Assembly (NCBI GenBank): GCA_947482345.1
Contig: CANKJN010000002.1
Location: forward strand, 2,122 to 66,121
Reading direction: 5' to 3'
DNA: 64,000 bases
Source: Spartobacteria bacterium
GTDB taxonomy: Bacteria > Verrucomicrobiota > Verrucomicrobiia > Chthoniobacterales > UBA6821
Part shown: positions 1-9,008 of the stretch, piece after piece
Position numbering within the stretch: the first letter of the stretch is position 1
How the letters are laid out: every line of letters starts with the position of its first letter
Notes under the pieces: model-generated
Told to the model about the DNA's origin: nothing
Databases searched by the model: none
What the model saw: the letters and a program-made list of their open reading frames with translations, nothing else
Program-made: the position numbers and the translations under genes

Positions 1-2
1 AC

Positions 3-2564
3 TTCTATGAGTCTGTGCGGCAATTCCTCCATTCGCTGGATGAGTCGACGCGGTGCCAGATCCGTTGGTCGGTCGATTCCGATTACCGGGAGGAGCTACT
101 CGCCTACAAGGAGGTGACCGATACGCGGTGCGATCCGGCCTCTTGGGCGGCAATCACGCGAAACGAAAGGTTCAACCGCTATTGGAAGGCGATGCAGACC
201 GGGGGGCTCCGCAGGGAAAAACTCCTGCTCTTTCTTTCGAAGAAGATCGATGCCGATCCTCCCTCTTCGCCATCAAAGAAGGGACTGGAGGAGCATTACA
301 AGCGGCTCCTTGCCCAATATAACGAGGTCTTCGCTCAGCATGGGCGGGTAATCGCTTCCCTCTTCGAAGGTCATGGCTGCCGTGTGACGGCCATGGGGAC
401 CGAGGATCTCTATCGGCACTACGCGACCTTCTTCAATCCCTCCTACCTGCGCCGGGATGGCTACGATCCGATCGGTCAGTTCCGTGAAGAGGAAACGATC
501 CATCAGAACTGCTGGCACCAAGGGGTGCAGGGAGGCAAGAGCTTCGGGTTCTACTCGGACGGCTTCTACCACAATCTAGTGATCCTGAAGCGGCGTCCGC
601 AGAGGACGAGGCGAGGGATCTTCTGGGCGCTGACCTCGCTCCCCTTCCTGGACTACGCGATCACGGTCAACCTCTACCCGCAGAACATCCGCCGGGAGAT
701 CGACAAAGCGGAGAAGTCCCTCGAACGGGTGCGAGGCGACTATGCGGCGGAGGGGAAGCATTCGCTCCTGACAGCCAAGGAGGTGAAAGAAGAGCGCATC
801 CGCAATCTGGCCCAAGGGGACACAGTTCCCTTCCTCTACGACTACGTCGTCCATGTCTGGGACTCGACCGAGGAGGGGCTGGTGTCGAAGACCCGGCAAA
901 TCGAAACCGCCTTCGGCCAAATGGAGGATGCCCAATGCTGGACGAGCAACCTTTCCTCGGCGGCGACGACCAAGAACATCTGGTATCAGACCTGGCCGGG
1001 ATGGCTCTGGGGGAAATACACCCACCATGCCGATAGCGGCCTGGATGAATGGCTGGCCGACATGCTGCCCTTTTCCTCCACATTTACGGGTCATCTGGAG
1101 GGATCGGAGGCGCTCTACGATGGCTCGAACCGAAATCTCGTCGGGGTGAGGAACTTCCTCTCCGGGACACCTCAGCTCGCGGTTCTGCTTGGAATGACTC
1201 GAGCCGGGAAGTCGGCTTTCATGTGCGATCTCTTGTCTCAGACCGACCCCTATTACGACTTCACCCTGATCGTGGAGGAGGGGCTCTCCTATGGGATCTG
1301 GACTCAGGCTCTGGGATCCACCCCGATCGTCATCCAACCAGACGGAGATCTCTGCCTCAACTACCTCGATACCCAGGGGGCACCGCTGACCAACCTCCAG
1401 ATCACGACCGCTGCTGCACTGGTGGCCAAGATGGCTGGGAATCCCGCTGATGAGGATCGAAGGAATCTACGTCTCGCCCAGATCACCCAATACATCGAGC
1501 AGCTCTACACCGACCGCTTCGAGGAGTGGATCGCCGAGGATGCAGGTCGACTCGACATGGTGGCGCGGCACGCCATGGCCGTTCTGGAATACAAATCCCG
1601 TCACATGCCGCTCTCAGCGACCTTCCTGGAGGCATGGACGGAACTGAAGCACACGGCGACCGAGGAGGAACGGCAGGAGCTTTTGAGTTCTCCGAAACCC
1701 GAGGAGGTTTCCCGGTTCATCAAATCCCATGACATGGAGCGCCATGTCCGCAATACGGCCTTCGCCTTCTTCGCGCCGACGGACTACCCGACCCACGACA
1801 TGCTCCAGCAGATGATGCTGGTGGCTCCTTTCGCGGAGCATAACCGCGATGAGATCAATCATCTGGCAACCCTGCTTGCCCCTTGGAATGAGCAGAGGCT
1901 CCTCTGTGGACACTCGACCTTGTCCATGACGGGACGGGTGGCCCACTTCGACCTGACCTATATCCCTGAGTCGAATAAGCAGCTCAAGGAACTGGCCGGG
2001 TTCCTCATCGCCAACTACGGACGCCAACACATCATCACCCTCCCGAGGGGGGCGCGGAAGAGGGTGATCTTCGAGGAGGTGGCCCGAACGCTGGATGTGC
2101 CGGGAGGAGAGCAACTGGTGAGCGAGTTCTACGCGCAGCTCTCGAAGTTCTCCACGTGGATCATCTCGATCGTCCAGCAGTATAGCCGGTTCCAAAACTC
2201 AGGGATCCGTCCGATCGTTTTCGGCAACGCCAAGCAGTTCTTCTTCACCCGGATGAACGACCGGCGAGACATCGAGGATGTGGCCCGGGACATCGATCTC
2301 TCGGAGGCGACCAAGGAGGCGGTCTCGCGCTATCCGCTGCCGGAGCATCTTCCCGATCATAACAAGTACGCCGCGCTCACATACTACCACCTGGATGTTC
2401 AGCAGGCGCGGTGCGGGACGATCCACAACCGGGTCTCTCCCGAAATGCTCTTCTGCTCCTCCTCGACGGGGCAGGACTTCGACGAACGCAGCCGGAAGCT
2501 CCGGAGTCACGAAGACATCGTGGCCGGGATCCTCCGTGAAACCACCCAACACCAACCAAAATGA
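3..2564 (+). CDS. VirB4/TrbE-family conjugative transfer ATPase, probably 5'-truncated by the window edge
   Basis: The frame is open from nt 3 with no upstream stop (the track ORF starts at GTG 15). Walker A is LLGMTRAGKSAF. A Walker-B-like KRVIFEEVA is followed by WIISIVQQYSRF, as in VirB4/TraC ATPase domains. The length is over 849 aa and TrbJ/L/F/G/I-like genes follow. Confidence 0.8.
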   Translation, partial: FYESVRQFLHSLDESTRCQIRWSVDSDYREELLAYKEVTDTRCDPASWAAITRNERFNRYWKAMQTGGLRREKLLLFLSKKIDADPPSSPSKKGLEEHYKRLLAQYNEVFAQHGRVIASLFEGHGCRVTAMGTEDLYRHYATFFNPSYLRRDGYDPIGQFREEETIHQNCWHQGVQGGKSFGFYSDGFYHNLVILKRRPQRTRRGIFWALTSLPFLDYAITVNLYPQNIRREIDKAEKSLERVRGDYAAEGKHSLLTAKEVKEERIRNLAQGDTVPFLYDYVVHVWDSTEEGLVSKTRQIETAFGQMEDAQCWTSNLSSAATTKNIWYQTWPGWLWGKYTHHADSGLDEWLADMLPFSSTFTGHLEGSEALYDGSNRNLVGVRNFLSGTPQLAVLLGMTRAGKSAFMCDLLSQTDPYYDFTLIVEEGLSYGIWTQALGSTPIVIQPDGDLCLNYLDTQGAPLTNLQITTAAALVAKMAGNPADEDRRNLRLAQITQYIEQLYTDRFEEWIAEDAGRLDMVARHAMAVLEYKSRHMPLSATFLEAWTELKHTATEEERQELLSSPKPEEVSRFIKSHDMERHVRNTAFAFFAPTDYPTHDMLQQMMLVAPFAEHNRDEINHLATLLAPWNEQRLLCGHSTLSMTGRVAHFDLTYIPESNKQLKELAGFLIANYGRQHIITLPRGARKRVIFEEVARTLDVPGGEQLVSEFYAQLSKFSTWIISIVQQYSRFQNSGIRPIVFGNAKQFFFTRMNDRRDIEDVARDIDLSEATKEAVSRYPLPEHLPDHNKYAALTYYHLDVQQARCGTIHNRVSPEMLFCSSSTGQDFDERSRKLRSHEDIVAGILRETTQHQPK

Positions 2565-2812
2565 AACGAACATTCCTAGTTCTTGGCCTCTTTGCCCTGA
2601 CGGGCTGCGCAGGCCGTTCTCAATTCCAGAAAGGGTATGAACGCGGAGCCGCCGACACGGTGAAGCGTCAGTACTGGATTGCTCAAAACCTCCAGAAGCC
2701 GGGGAAGAACCCCGAGCGCCATCTCTCGGTCTATAAGCTGACGGTTCCACCCGATCCCGACGCCAAGGTGAAGACAGTCCCCTATGAGATCGCGATCCCC
2801 ATCGTGAACTGA
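2561..2812 (+). CDS. Small lipoprotein of the T4SS operon (83 aa)
   Basis: Signal peptide plus lipobox (LFALTGCAG). The ATGA start/stop overlap with the VirB4-like gene indicates translational coupling. Confidence 0.6.
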   Translation: MKRTFLVLGLFALTGCAGRSQFQKGYERGAADTVKRQYWIAQNLQKPGKNPERHLSVYKLTVPPDPDAKVKTVPYEIAIPIVN

Positions 2813-2814
2813 CC

Positions 2815-3663
2815 ATGAAGAAGTATCTCCCTCTTCTCTTTGTGATGGTGACTCTGCCCGTGAAGGGGCAGTGGGTCGTTTCCGATCCGGTGGTCGAGCA
2901 GGCCACCATGGCGAAGAACGCCTTCGACCAATTGAAGTATGCCTGGGAGCAGACTCAATGGGCGCAGCAGCTTTCAAGCCTTGCCCAGACACTCGATACG
3001 GTGAAGAGCCAACTTGAGGTGGCCCAGCAGGTGAAGCAGGCCATCGGAAATCCGGCGGCGATTTCCGGTGCAATCCAGAGCGGCCTCTTCTCGTCGTATC
3101 TCAGGAACTCGGGAATCACCGACACGCTGAGCGATCTCTCCAACATTACCCAGCAGGGGGCCAAACAGTCGGTAGCGATCCAGCAGATGTATCGCCCGAT
3201 CGATCTCAATGCCTACAAGCGGATCGAGACTCCGTTCGAGGGAGAGGCCTCTTTTCGGGACGAGGGGGATCCGCTCAAGCAGTTCCGGGCTGTGGAGAAC
3301 GCGTACTCCAACTTTCAGGACATGTTGAAGCAAGCACAGAGCAAGCGGAAGGAGCTCAACACCAAGATCGCTGCCCTAAATGACCAACTCAAGAGTGCCC
3401 AGGATGATGCCGAGGTGCAGAAGCTTCAGGGGTCACTCACCACGGCTCAGACGTCGCTCAAGGATCTCGATGGGATCATGGATGGGGCAGAGCACCAGGT
3501 ACGACTGCTCCACATGCTCAACGAGAACCGGGCAGCTACTGAGGCGATTGCTGCCGAGGAAATCAGCCGAGCCCGCAATCGGGAAAGCGCCAAGATGGGA
3601 TCGGATGCCGAGGCCTCCGCTGCGAAGTCGGGATCCCAGAATGATATGCCTCCGGGCTTCTAA
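2815..3663 (+). CDS. TrbJ/VirB5-like secreted coiled-coil T4SS protein
   Basis: N-terminal signal peptide (MKKYLPLLFVMVTLPVKG). The mature N-terminus WVVSDPVVEQ resembles the TrbJ I-P-V-x-D start. The protein is long, Q/A-rich and helical, and sits between the VirB4-like and VirB6-like genes as in trb operons. Confidence 0.55.
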   Translation: MKKYLPLLFVMVTLPVKGQWVVSDPVVEQATMAKNAFDQLKYAWEQTQWAQQLSSLAQTLDTVKSQLEVAQQVKQAIGNPAAISGAIQSGLFSSYLRNSGITDTLSDLSNITQQGAKQSVAIQQMYRPIDLNAYKRIETPFEGEASFRDEGDPLKQFRAVENAYSNFQDMLKQAQSKRKELNTKIAALNDQLKSAQDDAEVQKLQGSLTTAQTSLKDLDGIMDGAEHQVRLLHMLNENRAATEAIAAEEISRARNRESAKMGSDAEASAAKSGSQNDMPPGF

Positions 3664-3666
3664 TCG

Positions 3667-4881
3667 ATGCTGCCGGCCCTTTCCAATCTGTTCGACTCGG
3701 CGGGGCAGATCCGCACCTACATGATGCCGTTTGCCTTTGTGCTCTGCATTCTGGGGATCGGGGAAATGGCCTGGAGAGCGGGATCGGATACCAAGGCGAT
3801 CCTTGGGGTGATCCTGAAGGTGACGATCATCGTGGCCCTGATCGCGGGCTACCCGACGATCATGAACAAGGGGATGGAGGCGTTTCAGGAGATGCGCCAG
3901 AAGTTCACCAATGCCCAGGATGCGAAGTTCATCCAGCTCCTGACCTCCAGGATTCAGAACCAGCCGTCCGATTCTTGGACGGATCTCGGGAAGATCGTCC
4001 CGGCAGCCGTGGGGTACTTCTTTCAGGGCATCGGGCGCTTCATGATGATCGTCCTGAACTTCTTTCAGCAGTTCGCGATTGCCGGGTTGATTGCGGTCTC
4101 TCCTCTGCTCTTGGGGTTCCTGTTTTTTTCACCGACGCAGTCGTTCGGGATCCACTTCGCGGTGACCTCCTTCACCGTGATGCTTTGGTATCTGGGGATC
4201 TGCCTGGTGGACATCGTGATCGTGGCGATCAGCGATATGCTCTTCGCCCCGATCACTGCAGGCGGGATCGTTCAGGTGGCCCAGAACGCGATCGTTGTTC
4301 AGAACTGGCTGCTATTCCCCTTCATCATGGCCTTTGCGTCGATCGTGACGCTTTTCTTCTACCTCTCTGTTCCCTTCGTAGCCGGGGCCATCATGAAGGG
4401 TGCGAGTGGCACGACCTCCGCTCTGACCGCCGGGATCAGCAATACGCTGCAGGCAGCGGGATTTGTAGTTGGAGCGGGAGCGACTGTCGCCGGGGCTGCT
4501 GCCACCTTCGGAGGATCAGCGGCGGCACAAGCAGCAGTAGCTGGCGGAAAGGCTGCCGCAAGGGCGGCCAGTGCCGCGAGTTCTTCCACACGTATCAGCA
4601 ATGACTTGGCAGGGAGTGCAGCTGGAAGCGGTGCAGGTTCCGGAGGATCGGTTCCTCCTCCCCCGGAGGAAAGCGGGGGCTCGATCTTCAATCCCGAGAA
4701 CCCCGCCATGGTCGCCCAGCAGACCTCCCCAGAGTCCTTCACCGTGACCGATCACTCTAAGGGAACGGTGTCGCGTCACCGGGGGAGTCTTGCCACCCCT
4801 CACGCAGCACAGGCCGCGTTCAACTCCCATGCCTCAAAGGCAAAGCCCTCTTCATCCGAACCAGACAACACCAACCCATGA
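3667..4881 (+). CDS. TrbL/VirB6-like polytopic inner-membrane T4SS protein
   Basis: 404 aa with multiple hydrophobic segments and a Gly/Ala/Ser-rich C-terminal tail, as in TrbL. Its position follows the TrbJ-like gene. Confidence 0.65.
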   Translation: MLPALSNLFDSAGQIRTYMMPFAFVLCILGIGEMAWRAGSDTKAILGVILKVTIIVALIAGYPTIMNKGMEAFQEMRQKFTNAQDAKFIQLLTSRIQNQPSDSWTDLGKIVPAAVGYFFQGIGRFMMIVLNFFQQFAIAGLIAVSPLLLGFLFFSPTQSFGIHFAVTSFTVMLWYLGICLVDIVIVAISDMLFAPITAGGIVQVAQNAIVVQNWLLFPFIMAFASIVTLFFYLSVPFVAGAIMKGASGTTSALTAGISNTLQAAGFVVGAGATVAGAAATFGGSAAAQAAVAGGKAAARAASAASSSTRISNDLAGSAAGSGAGSGGSVPPPPEESGGSIFNPENPAMVAQQTSPESFTVTDHSKGTVSRHRGSLATPHAAQAAFNSHASKAKPSSSEPDNTNP

Positions 4882-5510
4882 AACTCACAGCCGTCACCGC
4901 CATCACCAACAACATCGTCGCCGCCAGATTCTGGATGGTGATCGCACTTATTTGTGCCGTCCTAGCGGTGGGATCTCCCTACCTGACCATCAAGGCCATG
5001 AAGCAGAAGGAGAAGGTCGTCATCCTCGATCAGGGAGGCACCCTCATTTACTCGCCCTTGCTTGGTTTTGAAGAGGCAGCGGGGCTTCAGGCATATCATG
5101 TGCGCCTTGCCTGTCTGGCCCTCCTTCAACGCAATCCAATCGGGCCTGATCTTCCAGATCTGCTGAAGCGGATGTATCTGGAGGAGCCGGCCCGCAAGAA
5201 GGCAGCGGCTCTCTACAAGGCTCAGAACCCTGAGTTCAAAGAGAAGGAGATCCACCAGAAGGTGGAGGTCTCCAAACTGGATATCCTCGATACGCGAAAG
5301 ATGAAGGACGGAGCAGGGGTCTCCTATGAGGCGGTCGATGTCGAGGCCGAGGGGAACCTTGTGCGAACCGGGACGCTCAACAAGATCGAGTTTCGCGAGG
5401 TGGCGAAGTTCAAGATCACCTTCTTCTTTGTCCGCAATCCGGACCTGATGAGCAATGGACGACTTCCCTTGGTTGTTCAGGACTTCAAGTACGAGGAGCA
5501 TCCTCTGTAG
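4878..5510 (+). CDS. TrbF/VirB8-like bitopic T4SS protein
   Basis: 210 aa with a single N-terminal TM helix (FWMVIALICAVLAVG) followed by a roughly 170-aa periplasmic domain. ATGA overlap with the upstream gene. The call rests mainly on position and topology. Confidence 0.45.
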   Translation: MKLTAVTAITNNIVAARFWMVIALICAVLAVGSPYLTIKAMKQKEKVVILDQGGTLIYSPLLGFEEAAGLQAYHVRLACLALLQRNPIGPDLPDLLKRMYLEEPARKKAAALYKAQNPEFKEKEIHQKVEVSKLDILDTRKMKDGAGVSYEAVDVEAEGNLVRTGTLNKIEFREVAKFKITFFFVRNPDLMSNGRLPLVVQDFKYEEHPL

Positions 5511-5574
5511 GCATACGTAAAGTTGCTCCCAACCGAGAGCATCAGAATCAAAACAATCCGCAAATGTCGCGGGT

Positions 5575-6438
5575 ATGAAGCTCCATGTCATCGCCGCTGC
5601 GCTGCTTTTCAGCGCAATCGCCCACGCCGGATCAATTGTCCAGAAGCCGCTTGATGAATTCATCATCTACGACATCCCGGTAGCCTCAAAGACGGGAACG
5701 ACGACGGTCATGTTCCCCTCGGAAATCTCCGGTCTCTTCGCCAAGTCGGTGGCGGTGCAGGACCAGGAGAACGCTGGGTTCCTGATCTCGTTCACGCCGG
5801 GGAACTTTTACTTCACGATCCGAGCACTCAAGAAGGATGCGGAGGATCACCTCACGGTGATCTTCAACCGGAAGGCATATGTGCTGCACATGACGGCCTC
5901 GGAGCATCCCTTCTACAACGTCACCTTATACCAGGAGGAGCGTAACGGGAAGGAGGGACGGATCAATGTGGTGCCCGAGCGGATCCTCTCGCTCATGGAT
6001 AAGGCCAAGGCTTATCCGCTGCTGCTCAAGGCGGAGCGTGATGCCTTGGCCGGTGTGCTCCATGCCTCTCCGGGAATCACCAATTATTACAAGGACTTCA
6101 ACGTCCGCATCCTCGATGTCTGGAGATTCGAGGAGGAAGACACGCTCATCTTCCGGCTGGAACTGGTCAATGAGACCGACCAGGCGATCTACTACAAGCC
6201 GCAGGATCTAGCGGTACGGCTCGATGAGCGGATCTACACGGAGTCCCTTGCTGATGCCTCCGGGGTGATGCCGCCAAAGTCGGTGACGCCGGCATTCTTC
6301 TCCATTACGTGGAATGGCCAAGGAGGACGCAATCATCTCGCTCCCGACAATAAGTGGAACGTGCTGGTGGTGCGGGCTGAGTCGCGTCAGGCGGCGAAGG
6401 CAACTGGCGGAACCTCCAACAAGAACGTCGCCCGATGA
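5575..6438 (+). CDS. TrbG/VirB9-like secreted T4SS protein
   Basis: Signal peptide (AALLFSAIAHAG), a beta-rich sequence, a position directly upstream of the VirB10-like gene and ATGA coupling to it. Assigned by context and weak motif resemblance. Confidence 0.45.
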   Translation: MKLHVIAAALLFSAIAHAGSIVQKPLDEFIIYDIPVASKTGTTTVMFPSEISGLFAKSVAVQDQENAGFLISFTPGNFYFTIRALKKDAEDHLTVIFNRKAYVLHMTASEHPFYNVTLYQEERNGKEGRINVVPERILSLMDKAKAYPLLLKAERDALAGVLHASPGITNYYKDFNVRILDVWRFEEEDTLIFRLELVNETDQAIYYKPQDLAVRLDERIYTESLADASGVMPPKSVTPAFFSITWNGQGGRNHLAPDNKWNVLVVRAESRQAAKATGGTSNKNVAR

Positions 6439-7424
6439 ACCTCCGCGATTTCAAGACGGAGCTGCTCAACAAGCCGACGGGGCGGCTGATCCTCTTCCTC
6501 TTTGCCGGAGGGGTGATCCTCGCCTTTGTCCTGCTCCATCGCGGTGGAGGCAAATCCTCCAAGGTCACTCCAGCAGTGCCAGCCCAGGCAACGGCAGCCA
6601 AGGGCTACACGATCGACGAGGGAATTCCCGACATCAAACCGATGAGGCCAACGCCCACGCCGACTCCACTCCTGATGATGCCGGAGGGGAAGCCGGTAGC
6701 TGTGAAGACTCCTCCTCCGATCCCTCAGGCGATCTTTGCCATCAAGGAAAACTCCCTGAGTGAGAACTATCTCCCCTACGGACGGCTCCTGAAGTGCGAG
6801 CTCGTGAACACGGTCGACTCGATCAACTTGGAGACCCCGATTATCGGACTCATCACCGAGGATGTCTGGAGGGATGGGCGGTTGATTATCCCGGCAGGGA
6901 CCGAGGTGCATGGAGCGGCGAAGAACAGTGCCGCTCGGGATCGGATCGGTTCCGACCATGAGTGGATGCTTGTTTTCCAAAACGGGAAGCAGCTGCCGCT
7001 GGCTGGAACGGTGCTCGACTATGCTCCCGATGAAAAGGAACCGGGTCGCTGGAAGGAGAGCGATGGGTCGGCGGGACTGCGGGGCTACAAGATCGCTGCC
7101 GACAAGTATGCGGAGGCCAAGGCGATCTTGGCTTCGGTGGTCGCCTCAGGGGCGGGGGCTTTTCCGGGAGTGACCAACATCATTTCCCCGCTCACCGGGG
7201 GAGCCACGCAGCTTCAGGGAGGGGGAATGACGCAGGCCCTCTCTGCGGGAATCCAAGCCGGTGGGCAGCTCTATGCCCAGCGGCTCCTCGATGGTCTTCA
7301 GAAGGATCCCTACTACGTCCGCGTTCCCGCCGGAACGCTCTTCTACCTCTACGTCACCCAGACGGTCGACCTGAACAAGGCCGCTCGGGGACTCGTTTCC
7401 ACTTCCAACCCATCCGCCAAATGA
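6435..7424 (+). CDS. TrbI/VirB10-like T4SS protein
   Basis: N-terminal TM helix and a Pro-rich linker (KPMRPTPTPTPLLMMPEGKPVAVKTPPPIP). The C-terminal domain has LLKCELVNTVDS...IIPAGTEVHG...DGSAGLRGY, resembling conserved VirB10/TrbI blocks. Confidence 0.7.
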   Translation: MNLRDFKTELLNKPTGRLILFLFAGGVILAFVLLHRGGGKSSKVTPAVPAQATAAKGYTIDEGIPDIKPMRPTPTPTPLLMMPEGKPVAVKTPPPIPQAIFAIKENSLSENYLPYGRLLKCELVNTVDSINLETPIIGLITEDVWRDGRLIIPAGTEVHGAAKNSAARDRIGSDHEWMLVFQNGKQLPLAGTVLDYAPDEKEPGRWKESDGSAGLRGYKIAADKYAEAKAILASVVASGAGAFPGVTNIISPLTGGATQLQGGGMTQALSAGIQAGGQLYAQRLLDGLQKDPYYVRVPAGTLFYLYVTQTVDLNKAARGLVSTSNPSAK

Positions 7425-8104
7425 AACACCTGATCCCTGTCCTCCTGCTCGTCCTTCTCTCGGGATGCGCCACGCACAAGCCCGTGAAGCCCGAGGCCTT
7501 TCCAGCCGTTGCTGGCACGAGTGTGCCTGAAAGCACTCTTGGACGCGTCCGCACTCCCGAGGTGGTGAAGAGCTATCCCACAGGACGCTACACCGATCCC
7601 GACTTCCCCGAGGAAATGCATGAGCGGCATACGCTCTATCGGAAGGAGCAGTCTGCCGATTGGAATTACCGGCCAGGTGGTCAAGGAGGCCCCTATGCCT
7701 ATCCCCTCGTGGTGTCAGATCCGACTCCCTCCTACTACGTCAAGACCGACGGGGATCAACGCAATGCCCAGCAGAAGGCCTATGCGGCGGCTCTGGAGGA
7801 GCAGAATGCTGCCATGAAGAAACGAATCGAGTCACTTCAGCAGGAAGCTGGGAAGGTGCCTGCCTTGCAGCAGCAGGTGGACAAGCTGAAGCAACAGTTG
7901 GACGCGGAGCCTTTATCCACTCCGGAACCGAAGAACCAACCCATTGAGGAGAAACCGGCTGGTTTTACTGCGGATGACCCTCAGGGGGATCTCATCGCCG
8001 AGATGAAGCTCAACGACGATCTCACCGGTGAACTCGACGCGCTGGAGGGAAGGCGGCGTCTCGTTCTCATGGATTCGGCCTTCCTCTACTCCATCCAGCC
8101 ATGA
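7421..8104 (+). CDS. Coiled-coil lipoprotein (227 aa) of unknown function at the end of the T4SS operon
   Basis: Lipobox LLSGCA, a Q/K/A-rich coiled-coil segment, and ATGA overlap with the VirB10-like gene. Confidence 0.55.
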   Translation: MKHLIPVLLLVLLSGCATHKPVKPEAFPAVAGTSVPESTLGRVRTPEVVKSYPTGRYTDPDFPEEMHERHTLYRKEQSADWNYRPGGQGGPYAYPLVVSDPTPSYYVKTDGDQRNAQQKAYAAALEEQNAAMKKRIESLQQEAGKVPALQQQVDKLKQQLDAEPLSTPEPKNQPIEEKPAGFTADDPQGDLIAEMKLNDDLTGELDALEGRRRLVLMDSAFLYSIQP

Positions 8105-8361
8105 CCAAGACGACATCGATTACGGTGACGCTCGATCCTCAGACCCATGCGGTTTTTCAGGAGGCGGTGGAACTCACCGCAAAAGCGGGGGCAGAGGTGA
8201 CTGTCAGCCAGTTGCTTCAGCAGCATCTTCAGGACGAGATCCCAAAGGAGAGTCCCAGGCGAATCGCTCAGAATTACCTCAAGTCGGTCGTGCGCCAGAT
8301 CAAGGAGATCTCCCCAGGCTCCCGAAAGGATCAAGGGGAGACTCCGGGCAGGACCGGCTGA
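8101..8361 (+). CDS. Small protein (86 aa), possibly a ribbon-helix-helix DNA-binding protein
   Basis: An N-terminal beta-strand-like SITVTLD is followed by helical segments. ATGA overlap with the upstream lipoprotein gene. Confidence 0.4.
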   Translation: MTKTTSITVTLDPQTHAVFQEAVELTAKAGAEVTVSQLLQQHLQDEIPKESPRRIAQNYLKSVVRQIKEISPGSRKDQGETPGRTG

Positions 8362-8425
8362 GGTATACCCGTCAACCTGCACGGCTACGGGAATCCAAAC
8401 GCCGTGCGCCACAACTGAGAGACAT

Positions 8426-8785
8426 ATGGCCATCACATCCCCGAAACAGAAAGAGGAACTGTCCAAGCAGTTCAAAATCAACCCTGAGATCAATACACGG
8501 CTTGAGGCATTCATGAAGTCTGAGCCCGGGCTCGTGGAGTTCGTCAAACAGCTCCCACGAGAACAACTGGAGCGGAAATTTCTGCTCCGTAAAATGCAGG
8601 ATCAGCAGCAGAGGGAAGGCTACACCGAGAAGGTGAAAGTATGGCTGGAAAAACCTGAACAGGCTGAGGTGCTCAAGGCCATCCGCTCGATGCTGAGTCC
8701 TGTCATGAAGCCTGAGCGCCAAGAGCAGCTCGTGATCAGGCAGGCCAAAAACCTGATTCGCAACACCGGTATCAAGCTGGGGTAG
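8426..8785 (+). CDS. Hypothetical helical charged protein (119 aa)
   Basis: ATG-initiated ORF with plausible composition, followed by a strong hairpin. I recognise no family. Confidence 0.45.
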   Translation: MAITSPKQKEELSKQFKINPEINTRLEAFMKSEPGLVEFVKQLPREQLERKFLLRKMQDQQQREGYTEKVKVWLEKPEQAEVLKAIRSMLSPVMKPERQEQLVIRQAKNLIRNTGIKLG

Positions 8786-8793
8786 GTGGGTTG

Positions 8794-8830
8794 AAAGTGC
8801 CCCTGTCCTCAACGAGGGCAGGGGCACTTT
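8794..8830 (+). terminator. Stem-loop downstream of the T4SS operon
   Basis: AAAGTGCCCCTG-N13-CAGGGGCACTTT is a perfect 12-bp stem 9 nt after the stop at 8785. The 3' tract is only TTTATT. Confidence 0.5.
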
Positions 8831-8905
8831 ATTGAGAGGGTCCACTTAATGTCAGATAGGAATGCCTTCAGCGATGTCGTTTAAGGCTTGACAAAGTGGA
8901 GTGTA

Positions 8906-8952
8906 GGGAGTCCTATCGAGATGGCCGTTACGGCCATCTCGATAGGACTCCC
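8906..8952. repeat. 47-nt near-perfect palindrome P1
   Basis: GGGAGTCCTATCGAGATGGCCGT-t-ACGGCCATCTCGATAGGACTCCC has 23-nt arms with no mismatch. Confidence 0.9.
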
Positions 8953-9008
8953 TGTGAATTGTTATTAGGAATCGTACTAAATTTCTCCACTTGACAAGCA
9001 GAGGAAAC

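Noticed and set aside
8372-8845. 157-aa minus-strand ORF, and 8852..9046 (64 aa) across the palindromes
   Set aside because: The first runs antisense to the more protein-like 119-aa + ORF. The second is generated by the palindromic sequence itself. Neither has a start context or motifs.
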